Origin: Thermoplasmata archaeon | GTDB taxonomy: Archaea; Thermoplasmatota; Thermoplasmata; Thermoplasmatales; ARK-15 | Direction of reading: 5' to 3' | Length of the DNA stretch: 64,000 nucleotides | NCBI GenBank assembly: GCA_039794005.1 | Contig: JBAMMA010000001.1 | Location: 94,057 to 158,056, forward strand | Translations under genes and position numbers: made by a program | Notes under the pieces: generated by a model | Database searches by the model: none | Seen by the model: only the letters and a program-made list of their open reading frames with translations | Told to the model about the DNA's origin: nothing | Shown here: one piece after another, positions 10,342 to 18,912 of the stretch | Numbering within the stretch: position 1 is the first letter of the stretch | Layout of the letters: each line of letters opens with the position of its first letter

Positions 10342-10960
10342 TCATCCCCCTCCACAGAGACATGGCATATTCATATGCATGATCCAATTCTTCATTTTTT
10401 ATATATTTCCAAAAATCTTCAGAATCCAACAATTTTTTAAAAAATTCTCTTCTTTTTTCCTGATCATGGGAATCAAGTGATTTTCTAATTTTTTCCAAGA
10501 CATCCAAAGATTTAGAATATTCTTCTATTTGCGTAGATAAACGATCTCTTATAAATGAAGAAAGTGCAGGGACTCTTCCAGAAGTTGATATTGCCAATAT
10601 AATTCCATTTTTTTCAATAAATGCTGGAAATATCATTCTGCTCTTTTTATCATCTACAAGATTAAATATTTTTCTTTTTTCAATGCATACTTCCATTATC
10701 ATAGAATTTATTTTTTTATCGTTTGTTGCTATTATAACTAAATCAGCATTTAAAATATATTCAAGTACATCATCCTTCTTTTCAATCTTTTTTCTTACTT
10801 TTTTTACATTTAATCTTTCTATTTCTTCTATAAAGTCTTCTGAGACTACTGTTATATCTGAACCCAAAAAATATTCCAATTTTCTATATGCTACTCTTCC
10901 ACCACCAAAAATAACAACATTTATTTTTTCTAGGTCCAACAAAATTGGAATGTATGACAT
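10328..10960 (-). CDS. Precorrin-2 dehydrogenase / sirohydrochlorin ferrochelatase (SirC/Met8, CysG N-terminal type)
   Basis: GGGRVAYRK, IATND, NLVD, AISTSGRVPAL. Confidence 0.9.
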   Translation of the reverse strand: MSYIPILLDLEKINVVIFGGGRVAYRKLEYFLGSDITVVSEDFIEEIERLNVKKVRKKIEKKDDVLEYILNADLVIIATNDKKINSMIMEVCIEKRKIFNLVDDKKSRMIFPAFIEKNGIILAISTSGRVPALSSFIRDRLSTQIEEYSKSLDVLEKIRKSLDSHDQEKRREFFKKLLDSEDFWKYIKNEELDHAYEYAMSLWRGMNVFS

Positions 10961-10964
10961 TTTA

Positions 10965-11378
10965 TCATTTCCTAAGATTCTTTACTGTTTTCATAATTTC
11001 GAATTTAACATTCATTTCAGATAATTTTTCAGCAAAATTTTTCAATTCATTTTCATCATGGAAATGACACATAGCAAAATAGTCGTAAGGAAAATTAATG
11101 TTTTTTTCCCTCACATAAAGATGTGTTATTTTTGTTGATGAAATTATTTTATCTATTTTATTTTCATCCTCAAGTGCCATGGCTATAAGCGCACTCATAT
11201 TATATCCTAATTTTTCATAGTTCAATAATGCTCTAAATTTTATTATCTCTCCTTCATTTACTAATTTTTTAAGGATATCTATGAGTTCTTTTTTCTCAAT
11301 TCCCAAGGATTTTGCAAAATCCCCGTATGGATCATCTGATATGGGTATACCTTTCTTTAATTTTGATATATCAATCAT
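10965..11378 (-). CDS. ahbB: Siroheme decarboxylase beta subunit (AsnC/Lrp-like)
   Basis: GIPISDDPY, ITHLYVR, FPYDYFAMCH; position in cluster. Confidence 0.85.
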   Translation of the reverse strand: MIDISKLKKGIPISDDPYGDFAKSLGIEKKELIDILKKLVNEGEIIKFRALLNYEKLGYNMSALIAMALEDENKIDKIISSTKITHLYVREKNINFPYDYFAMCHFHDENELKNFAEKLSEMNVKFEIMKTVKNLRK

Positions 11379-11851
11379 AGTTGCACCTCAAATTCCGTGT
11401 TTAATTTTATTGCTCTTACTGTTTTGAAAATCAAATAGTTTTTTGAATTCAATTTTTCAGCAATTTCTTTCACCTGTTTTTCAATCTCTTCATAATTTTT
11501 TGCCATAACTGTAAACCAAACATTATAATAATGTTCCCTTAAATAGTTATGAGATACATTTTCATATGAATTTATTAGATTAGCCGCATTTTCTATTTTT
11601 TCTTTTTCTACATTCATTGCCACTAAAGCCCTTTCATATCTATCATAATTTTTTAATGGAATTTTTGGTATAATTTTTTTAATGTATCCATTTTTATAAA
11701 GATTTATTATTTTTTCTTTTACAGTCTCTTCCTCTAAACCAAGTGCATTTGCGATTATTTTATAAGGTCTTTCATCAATTGGAAATTCTTCTTGGATTAA
11801 TTTTAAAATTTTTACATCGATATCATCAATATTATCTTTTAAAATGGACAT
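11375..11851 (-). CDS. ahbA: Siroheme decarboxylase alpha subunit (AsnC/Lrp-like)
   Basis: QEEFPIDERPY, VSHNYLREHYYNVWFT; ATG at 11851 follows GGAGG RBS. Confidence 0.9.
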   Translation of the reverse strand: MSILKDNIDDIDVKILKLIQEEFPIDERPYKIIANALGLEEETVKEKIINLYKNGYIKKIIPKIPLKNYDRYERALVAMNVEKEKIENAANLINSYENVSHNYLREHYYNVWFTVMAKNYEEIEKQVKEIAEKLNSKNYLIFKTVRAIKLNTEFEVQL

Positions 11852-12912
11852 GCGGGATCCTCCTGGAGGTAATCTCCATATACAGCATAAGCTCTTGCCC
11901 TCGAACCACCACAAATATCCCTAAATTCACATCTTCCACACTTTCCTTTTAACATATTGGGATTCTTAAGATCATTGAATATTTTAGAATTTTTGTAAAC
12001 ATTTTTTATGTTATCTTTTCTTACATTTCCCGCTATGATGGGCAAAAAACCGGTAGGCTGAATTTCACCTACGTGAGAAATGAAGATTGTACCTCTTCCA
12101 TCGGTAACACCCATGTTATTAACATCCTTTGTAATGGGTAATGGCTTCTTTATCATATCTATACCAGAATGTTTTATTAGATATTCAAAAAGGTTTCCCT
12201 TATCTAATGGACCAGATATCTTTATTCTATTATAAAAAGGAGCCTCTGTAACTTTAATCCTGAAATCCGTTGAGGTTTGAACATAATAAAGCCATGACAT
12301 TACTTGCATTATTTCATCAGAATTTAATGTTAATTCAGAAGTTGCCCTTCCAGTGGGGACTATAAAAAATAGGTCCCAGGATTTGACATTAAGATTTTTT
12401 ACAAGTTTAAAAATTTCGGGCAAATCATAAATATTATGTTTTCCAACGGTGGTATTTACCTGCAAATTTACCTTTCCATCAAGATATTCTAATATTTCCA
12501 TAGACTTCTTGAAAGTACCATCAACATTTCTAAATGTGTCGTGAATTTCGGCATTACTTCCATCTATACTTATTGCCACATTCTTAACTTTTTCTGATAT
12601 TCTATCCAACTTTTCTTTTGTTGCAAGCACTGTACCGCTAAACGAAATGGATATGTTAAATTTGTATTTATTGAAGATATCAAGGATATCAAATATATCT
12701 TCCCTCATCAATGGATCCCCACCGGTAATTATTAACATAGGCTTAGGATTGTTGAATTCATTAAGATCCATTGCCAATTTTTCAATTTCATCTAGATTTA
12801 ATTCCAGTGGATTCCTTTTTTTCTGAGCATTAGCTCTGCAATGCCTGCATGATAGCATGCAGGCCCTTGTTACCTCGTAAAATACTATTATTGGATTTTC
12901 TGCAAAGTTCAT
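11839..12912 (-). CDS. ahbD: Radical SAM/SPASM protein, probable heme synthase (AhbD-like, resembles TIGR04053 family)
   Basis: CMLSCRHC, TGGDPL, VPTGRA, KGKCGRCEFRDICGGSRARAY, EDPAC; ahb context. Confidence 0.75.
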   Translation of the reverse strand: MNFAENPIIVFYEVTRACMLSCRHCRANAQKKRNPLELNLDEIEKLAMDLNEFNNPKPMLIITGGDPLMREDIFDILDIFNKYKFNISISFSGTVLATKEKLDRISEKVKNVAISIDGSNAEIHDTFRNVDGTFKKSMEILEYLDGKVNLQVNTTVGKHNIYDLPEIFKLVKNLNVKSWDLFFIVPTGRATSELTLNSDEIMQVMSWLYYVQTSTDFRIKVTEAPFYNRIKISGPLDKGNLFEYLIKHSGIDMIKKPLPITKDVNNMGVTDGRGTIFISHVGEIQPTGFLPIIAGNVRKDNIKNVYKNSKIFNDLKNPNMLKGKCGRCEFRDICGGSRARAYAVYGDYLQEDPACPF

Positions 12913-14102
12913 TTAAAATCCTCCGGAATTTCAGTTTTTATTTCTTCTTCAGTTAGGTAACAATCAGGATCTTCAGACCATAAATTTCCATTGTATTTAA
13001 GTGCTCTTACCCTGAATCCTCCGCAGATGTCTTTGAAATTGCATCTTCCACATTTTCCCGTTAGTAATTCCATTTTTCTATGTCTTAAATCGTATATTAT
13101 TCCAGTTTCATTTCTCCATATTTCAGAAAACTTTTTCTCTTTTACATTACCTTGTGAATAATCCCACCAAAATTGATTTGGGTGTACATTTCCCCATGGA
13201 TCGATATTTCCGGCCTTTATCCCGGAATTATCACCTCCCCTCCTTTTAAGAAGTTTATATACCTCTTTTGCTCTAGGATCGTTTTCTTTTAACAATTTCA
13301 GGAAGAGATAAATACCATCTACTGGATTATCTACAGTTAAAATCTCCATTTCTATTTTATTATCATGTATTTCATATGTTTTTTCTATCAGAAAATCTAT
13401 TATTTTCCTTCTTTCTTCATTGTTTATATCTTGATTTATTGATCCCCTTCCAGAAGGTACTAAATGATAAACGCAAAATCTATCTATGTTTAATTCCTTA
13501 GAAAGCTCAAATACTTTGCTCAAATCATCTTTATTATATTTTGTAATCGTAAATCTAATTCCATTCATCATTCCTGCATTTTTAACATATTTTAAACCGG
13601 ATAAAGCTTTTTCAAATGCACCATTTACACCTCTAAAATAATCATTTTTCTTTCCATATCCATCAAGGCTAATTCCAACATATTTTACACCTGCTTCCGA
13701 TAATTTAAAGGCAACAGATTCATTTATCGTTGTTCCATTGGATGAAAGGGTAACTCTAATTCCTTTTTCATTCATGTAGGAAGAGATTGTGTAAATGTCA
13801 GGATGGAGCGTAGGTTCTCCACCCGAAAGAATTACAACCGGCAATTTCATTTCTGCGAGATCATCTGTTATTTCAATAATCTTATCGGTTGATAGTTCAT
13901 TTGGTGTTTTTATTTCCGTGGCATTGGCATAACAATGAACGCATTTTAAATTACATTGTAGTGTAAGGTTCCAAAAAAGAACCGCAAGATCTATTTTTGT
14001 ATATCTTAAAAGTTCAGGATTTGTTTCATATTTAAATCTATTTTCATCAACAGCTTTACTTACTGTTCCAGATTTGAACAATAATTGATTAAATGCAATC
14101 AT
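12909..14102 (-). CDS. ahbC: Radical SAM Fe-coproporphyrin III synthase (NirJ1-like)
   Basis: WNLT..CNLKCVHC, GIRFT, YHLVPSGRG, LTVDN, VHPNQFW, CGRC..ICGGFRVRA, DPDCYL. Confidence 0.88.
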   Translation of the reverse strand: MIAFNQLLFKSGTVSKAVDENRFKYETNPELLRYTKIDLAVLFWNLTLQCNLKCVHCYANATEIKTPNELSTDKIIEITDDLAEMKLPVVILSGGEPTLHPDIYTISSYMNEKGIRVTLSSNGTTINESVAFKLSEAGVKYVGISLDGYGKKNDYFRGVNGAFEKALSGLKYVKNAGMMNGIRFTITKYNKDDLSKVFELSKELNIDRFCVYHLVPSGRGSINQDINNEERRKIIDFLIEKTYEIHDNKIEMEILTVDNPVDGIYLFLKLLKENDPRAKEVYKLLKRRGGDNSGIKAGNIDPWGNVHPNQFWWDYSQGNVKEKKFSEIWRNETGIIYDLRHRKMELLTGKCGRCNFKDICGGFRVRALKYNGNLWSEDPDCYLTEEEIKTEIPEDFK

Positions 14103-14211
14103 AACAAATACTTGTTATTATTAGAGGTATTTTAAATTTAGTAATAAAATTTTATTAATTATAATTAAAAAGATGAAAAAATAAATATGTTTGAAATTTA
14201 TAAATTTCATA
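14103..14211. promoter_or_regulatory. Divergent ahbC/hemL promoter region with several palindromes
   Basis: Perfect palindromes TAATAAAATTTTATTA (14142-14157), TTAATTATAATTAA (14155-14168), TGAAATTTATAAATTTCA (14192-14209). Confidence 0.5.
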
Positions 14212-15459
14212 ATGAAATCTGAAAAATTTTTTGAAGAAGCGAAAAAAATCTTTCCAGGTGGTGTAAATTCACCTGTAAGGTATTATGATCCATACCCAAT
14301 TTTTATAAAAAGTGGCAAAGGATCAAAAATATACGATGTCGATAATAGGGAATATGTCGATTTCTGTTTAGCCTACGGGCCACTGATTCTTGGCCATTTA
14401 AATGATCAGGTGAAAAAAGCCGTTCAGAGGAAAATGGAAAATGGATGGTTATTTGGAGCGCCAACTGAGGAGGAAATTTTACTTGGAAAATTAATCAATG
14501 AAGCTGTTCCCTATATAGAAATGATGAGATTTGTAAATTCTGGTACTGAAGGAACTATGCACACTATCAGGTTAGTCAGGGCATTTACTAATAAAAAAAG
14601 GATAGTAAAAATTATCGGGGGATATCACGGAGCTCACGATTCTGTATTAGTTTCACCAGGAAGTGGCGCTATTGGAAAACCTTCATCGGCAGGAATTCCA
14701 GAAGAAGTTACATCAAACACTTTTGTTGTTGAATATAATGATATTGAAACACTTGAGAATATATTTAGGAATTATAAAAATGAGATTGCTGGATTGATAA
14801 TCGAACCCGTGTTAGGAAATGCAGGTGTGATTTTACCCGATAAAGAATACTTAAAAAATGTACGTGAAATTACTTCTGAAAATGATGCCCTGTTAATATT
14901 TGACGAGGTTATCACAGGATTTAGGTTTCACTATGGAACAGCAGGTCAATATTTTTCTGTAATACCAGATCTTACTATCTTGGGGAAAATCGTTGGTGGT
15001 GGATTTCCTCTTGCTATATTCGGAGGCAGAAAAGACATCATGGAAAAAATTTCGCCTCAAGGAAACGTATATCAGGCAGGTACATTTTCAGGAAATCCCA
15101 TTTCTGTAACTGCAGGAATAACTACATTAAAAATATTGAAAAATAAGGATTATCATGAACTGGAGAATAAGGTTAAAATCATTGAGAAATTTGTAAACGA
15201 TTTGAAGGAAGACAAAGGGAGGGAAATACAGTTTAATTCTATGGTTAGCATGTTTCAGATATTTTTTAATAAAAATCCAGTAAAAAGATATTCGGATGCA
15301 ATTAATTCAGATTCCGTTAAATATAAAGAATTTTTTAATAAAATGTTAAAAAATGGTTTTTATTTACCTCCAAGTCAGTTTGAATCTCTATTTTTAAGTT
15401 TTGCACATACCAAAAAAGAAATATATAATTTTGGAAAGATAATCTATGATGAATTATAA
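14212..15459 (+). CDS. hemL: Glutamate-1-semialdehyde 2,1-aminomutase
   Basis: PGGVNSPVR, NSGTEGTM, YHGAHD, FDEVITGFR, LGKIVGGG, GTFSGNP; ATG at 14212 preferred over upstream TTG. Confidence 0.97.
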   Translation: MKSEKFFEEAKKIFPGGVNSPVRYYDPYPIFIKSGKGSKIYDVDNREYVDFCLAYGPLILGHLNDQVKKAVQRKMENGWLFGAPTEEEILLGKLINEAVPYIEMMRFVNSGTEGTMHTIRLVRAFTNKKRIVKIIGGYHGAHDSVLVSPGSGAIGKPSSAGIPEEVTSNTFVVEYNDIETLENIFRNYKNEIAGLIIEPVLGNAGVILPDKEYLKNVREITSENDALLIFDEVITGFRFHYGTAGQYFSVIPDLTILGKIVGGGFPLAIFGGRKDIMEKISPQGNVYQAGTFSGNPISVTAGITTLKILKNKDYHELENKVKIIEKFVNDLKEDKGREIQFNSMVSMFQIFFNKNPVKRYSDAINSDSVKYKEFFNKMLKNGFYLPPSQFESLFLSFAHTKKEIYNFGKIIYDEL

Positions 15460-16309
15460 GATAAGGATTGGAACACGTGGAAGCAATCTAGCACTAATTC
15501 AGGCATTAGAAGTTTCTGAAATGTTAAAGAATATAGGATTTGATACTGAGATAATAAAGATCAAGACAGAAGGGGATATAGATCAAAGGCCCCTTTACAT
15601 GACAAGAGAGTTTGGAATTTTTACAAAAAAGATTAATGAAGAACTTTTGAATGAAAATATTGACATTGCTGTTCACAGCATGAAGGACTTACCTGTAAAA
15701 ATTGAAGAAGGATTGAAAATTGTTTCAGTTCTAAAGAGAGAACGTTACGAAGATTTTTTCTTATCGAATAAAAACATTTTTGAAATTGAAGAGGGGAAAA
15801 AGATTGGAACTTCAAGCCTAAGAAGGAAATCATTCTTGAAAATAATCAGACCCGATATAGAGATTGTTGATGTAAGAGGAAATATTGATACAAGGATAAA
15901 AAAATATGAAAATAAAGAGGTAGATGGTTTAATTCTTGCATATGCAGGAATTAAAAGGCTTAATCTTAACCCCATAGGTCATATATTAGACCCGGATTTA
16001 TTTGTACCTCAGGCAAATCAAGGTATAATTGCCATACTTTCAAGAAACGATTTTCATTTGAATGAAAAGATATCTTTAATCAATCATAAAGAAACATTTT
16101 TAATTGGTATGGTTGAAAAAGAATTTTTAAGAGAGTTAGATGCAGGTTGTCATTCCCCGGTAGGTGTTCTTGCGAGGTTAATTGATGGTAAAATTTTAAT
16201 TCATGTAGCATACATAGATGATAAGAGATATGATTACTGGTCTAAATTTGAAATCAAATATCTTGATGAAGAGTTGAAAAGATTTCGAAGGTGGTATGAT
16301 GCCAGGTAA
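15446..16309 (+). CDS. hemC: Hydroxymethylbilane synthase (porphobilinogen deaminase)
   Basis: GTRGSNLAL, VHSMKD, GTSSLRR, RGNIDTRI, AGCHSPVG. Confidence 0.96.
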   Translation: MMNYKIRIGTRGSNLALIQALEVSEMLKNIGFDTEIIKIKTEGDIDQRPLYMTREFGIFTKKINEELLNENIDIAVHSMKDLPVKIEEGLKIVSVLKRERYEDFFLSNKNIFEIEEGKKIGTSSLRRKSFLKIIRPDIEIVDVRGNIDTRIKKYENKEVDGLILAYAGIKRLNLNPIGHILDPDLFVPQANQGIIAILSRNDFHLNEKISLINHKETFLIGMVEKEFLRELDAGCHSPVGVLARLIDGKILIHVAYIDDKRYDYWSKFEIKYLDEELKRFRRWYDAR

Positions 16310-17018
16310 GGTATATTTAATAGGTGCAGGTCCAGGAGATCCCGATCTTTTGACATTGAAAGCCTATAAAATAATAAAGAGGAGTGATGTTGTTCTATAT
16401 GACCGTCTTATAAATAAATCGATATTAAAAAAAATTCCCAGGGGGATAAAAAAAATATTAGTTGGCAAAAGTCCCGGTGATGATCCAGATGTTTTACAGA
16501 ATAAAATTAACGAATTGATTGAAAAATATTACAATGAAGGTAAAATAGTTGTAAGATTAAAATCTGGAGATCCATTTTTATTTGGGAGGGGTGGTGAAGA
16601 ACTAGAATTCATGAAACAAAGGAAAATTGATTTTGAAGTTATACCAGGTATAACCTCTGCAATAGGAGTTCCAACATATATAAAACTTCCTTTGACTCAT
16701 AGAAATTATTCTTCTTCTGTGATGATTATTTCAGGACATCTCAAAAGAAACAAAGCTATAAACTGGGAAATAGTTTCAAGATTTGATGGAACTATTGTTA
16801 TTTTAATGGGAATAAGCAATATGCAAGAAATAATGAATAATTTGATCGTTTATGGTAAAGATGAAAATACGCCTGTTTGTGTAATTCAATATGGAACAAC
16901 AAAAAAACAAAAGATTGTTAAGGGTAATTTAACAAATATTGTTGAAATCGCGAAAAAAAACAGAATAAAGGCGCCTGGAATTATTGTTATTGGTAAGGTG
17001 GTTGATTTGCTTGATTAG
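16296..17018 (+). CDS. cobA: Uroporphyrinogen-III C-methyltransferase (SUMT)
   Basis: GAGPGDPDLLT, RLKSGDPFLFGRGGEE, PGITSA, PLTHR. Confidence 0.96.
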   Translation: MMPGKVYLIGAGPGDPDLLTLKAYKIIKRSDVVLYDRLINKSILKKIPRGIKKILVGKSPGDDPDVLQNKINELIEKYYNEGKIVVRLKSGDPFLFGRGGEELEFMKQRKIDFEVIPGITSAIGVPTYIKLPLTHRNYSSSVMIISGHLKRNKAINWEIVSRFDGTIVILMGISNMQEIMNNLIVYGKDENTPVCVIQYGTTKKQKIVKGNLTNIVEIAKKNRIKAPGIIVIGKVVDLLD

Positions 17019-17733
17019 AATAATTACATTTAGGCCAGAGGAAAAATTTGAGAATATTAATATTGAAGATGTTGAAATTACCAATATTTCAATTACAAAG
17101 ATTGTAAAATTAAAATTTGATTTAAATTCAATAATAAATAAAAATTTTGATTACATTATTTTTACAAGTACTCTTGGTGCAAAATTTTTCATGGAAGAAA
17201 TTAAAAAACATAACCATGAAGAAATTCTAAAAAATAAAAATATCATAGCGATAGGTAAAAAGACCGCTGAATATTTAAACAATGACGTTATTATTCCAGA
17301 AAATCAATCATCAAAAGGTATTATTAAATTAATTGAGAAAAATTCTGAAATTTTATTGATAAGGAGTAAAAATGGAAATCCTTATTTAGTAAAAAGGTTG
17401 CGGGAAATTGGTAATTTACAGATTATAAATGCTTACAAAAGTGTTATTATCAATGATAAAGATTATAAATATATATACACAAAGATGAAAAATAATTATT
17501 TTAATGCAGTTATATTTACATCCTCTTTTATTTTTAGGTCATACTTAAAAGTTTTCTCCAGATATGGTAATCCTCTAGAAATCCTACCACCTTTGATAAT
17601 AGCAATAGGTGAGAGGACAGCCAATACCATTAAAAGGTTTGGGATTAAACCAATAATTATGGAAGAACCAGACATGAAATTAAGTGTGATAAAAGTAATC
17701 CAATATTACAAATCAGATACTTTATTTTATTAG
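17011..17733 (+). CDS. hemD: Uroporphyrinogen-III synthase
   Basis: TFRP, IFTS, AIGKKTA, AYK, FTSS, AIGERTA; TTG at 17011 after GGTGG RBS. Confidence 0.85.
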   Translation: MIRIITFRPEEKFENINIEDVEITNISITKIVKLKFDLNSIINKNFDYIIFTSTLGAKFFMEEIKKHNHEEILKNKNIIAIGKKTAEYLNNDVIIPENQSSKGIIKLIEKNSEILLIRSKNGNPYLVKRLREIGNLQIINAYKSVIINDKDYKYIYTKMKNNYFNAVIFTSSFIFRSYLKVFSRYGNPLEILPPLIIAIGERTANTIKRFGIKPIIMEEPDMKLSVIKVIQYYKSDTLFY

Positions 17734-17818
17734 CAGGTTAAAGAATATTGATACAATGAAAGATTTTTTAAAAATATAAATATTATAAATTATAATGTAT
17801 AAATTATATTTTTCTATA

Positions 17819-18505
17819 TCAATTTATTCTATCCTTTAAAAAACGCTGTATTGTTTTTGAAATCAATATTACAAAGGAGATTATAACAATAAATACAATT
17901 AAATCATCAAAGATGTTGAAATTTCCTTTAAATAGATTAGTCATCGATAAAATTATTGATTTATTCGAAAAATTTCCATCAGAATATTTTGTAATATTTT
18001 CGTTTAATAATAATCCATTGGATAAGGAAAAATTTGCATAATATTTTACATAATATTTCATTGAATTTTGAATTGAAAGAATAAACAATAAACTATTCTG
18101 TTTTCCTATATATGTGTTTGTTTTCACGATCTTCCATTTGTATGCTGGACTATATATAGAATATATACCTTTTATAACATCTGGAGAATTGTTTTTAATT
18201 TCATCAATTAATGTTGAATTTATTTCGGGAAATGGACCGTTTACGTTCAAATTCAAAATATTTATTATAGAAAATGATGCGTTATAACTAATGTTATCAT
18301 AATAAATATTGACAGAACCGTTAGGATAATCTAATTCAACTGACATTGTGTAATTATATTCGTTCAAAAAAATGATGTTATATTTTTCAGCATAAGAATA
18401 ATGGTTGTTTATCAATACGATATAATTGGCACTAGAATATCCTGGATTAAAAAATAATGAATTTATTATAATTATCAGAGAAATAACAATAAATGTTTTA
18501 AACAT
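17819..18505 (-). CDS. Hypothetical secreted/membrane-anchored protein
   Basis: N-terminal hydrophobic signal, Asn/Tyr-rich body with N-x-S/T sequons, C-terminal TM helix plus basic tail. Confidence 0.7.
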   Translation of the reverse strand: MFKTFIVISLIIIINSLFFNPGYSSANYIVLINNHYSYAEKYNIIFLNEYNYTMSVELDYPNGSVNIYYDNISYNASFSIINILNLNVNGPFPEINSTLIDEIKNNSPDVIKGIYSIYSPAYKWKIVKTNTYIGKQNSLLFILSIQNSMKYYVKYYANFSLSNGLLLNENITKYSDGNFSNKSIILSMTNLFKGNFNIFDDLIVFIVIISFVILISKTIQRFLKDRIN

Positions 18506-18547
18506 AGAATATATTATAAATAACTTAGATAAAAAGGTGATTATTGA

Positions 18548-18871
18548 ATGGTATATAATTTGTCAAAGGATATAAATTTAGATGATGATCTTATTTATAG
18601 AGTATTGAACCATTTCAAAAAGTACGGTGTAGATTATGCAAAATCTGTCGGTAGAGACATTGAAATGAACAAAAGGGATGTTTGTAAAATATTAAAAAAA
18701 TTATATGAAATGGGTTATTTGGAAAAAAGGCCCTCAGGGATGTTAAAAAGAACTGAGGCAAAATTAAAGAAAAGGGTTACAACTCATCCACACCATACAT
18801 ATTATTATTTATCAGAAAAGGGTTATGAATTTATAAAAAATTATGAAAGTAATAAAAACAATAAAAATTGA
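18548..18871 (+). CDS. DUF2250-like winged-helix protein
   Basis: HFKKYGVDYAK, LYEMGYLEK, HHTYYYLSEKG. Confidence 0.75.
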   Translation: MVYNLSKDINLDDDLIYRVLNHFKKYGVDYAKSVGRDIEMNKRDVCKILKKLYEMGYLEKRPSGMLKRTEAKLKKRVTTHPHHTYYYLSEKGYEFIKNYESNKNNKN

Positions 18872-18912
18872 AAGAGTAAGCTTAAATATCCAATTTTTCT
18901 TTTAAATATAGT

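Noticed and set aside
11852-11914. N-terminal extension MWWFEGK... of ahbA in the ORF track
   Set aside because: Lies within the ahbD 3' end; the GGAGG RBS points to the ATG at 11851
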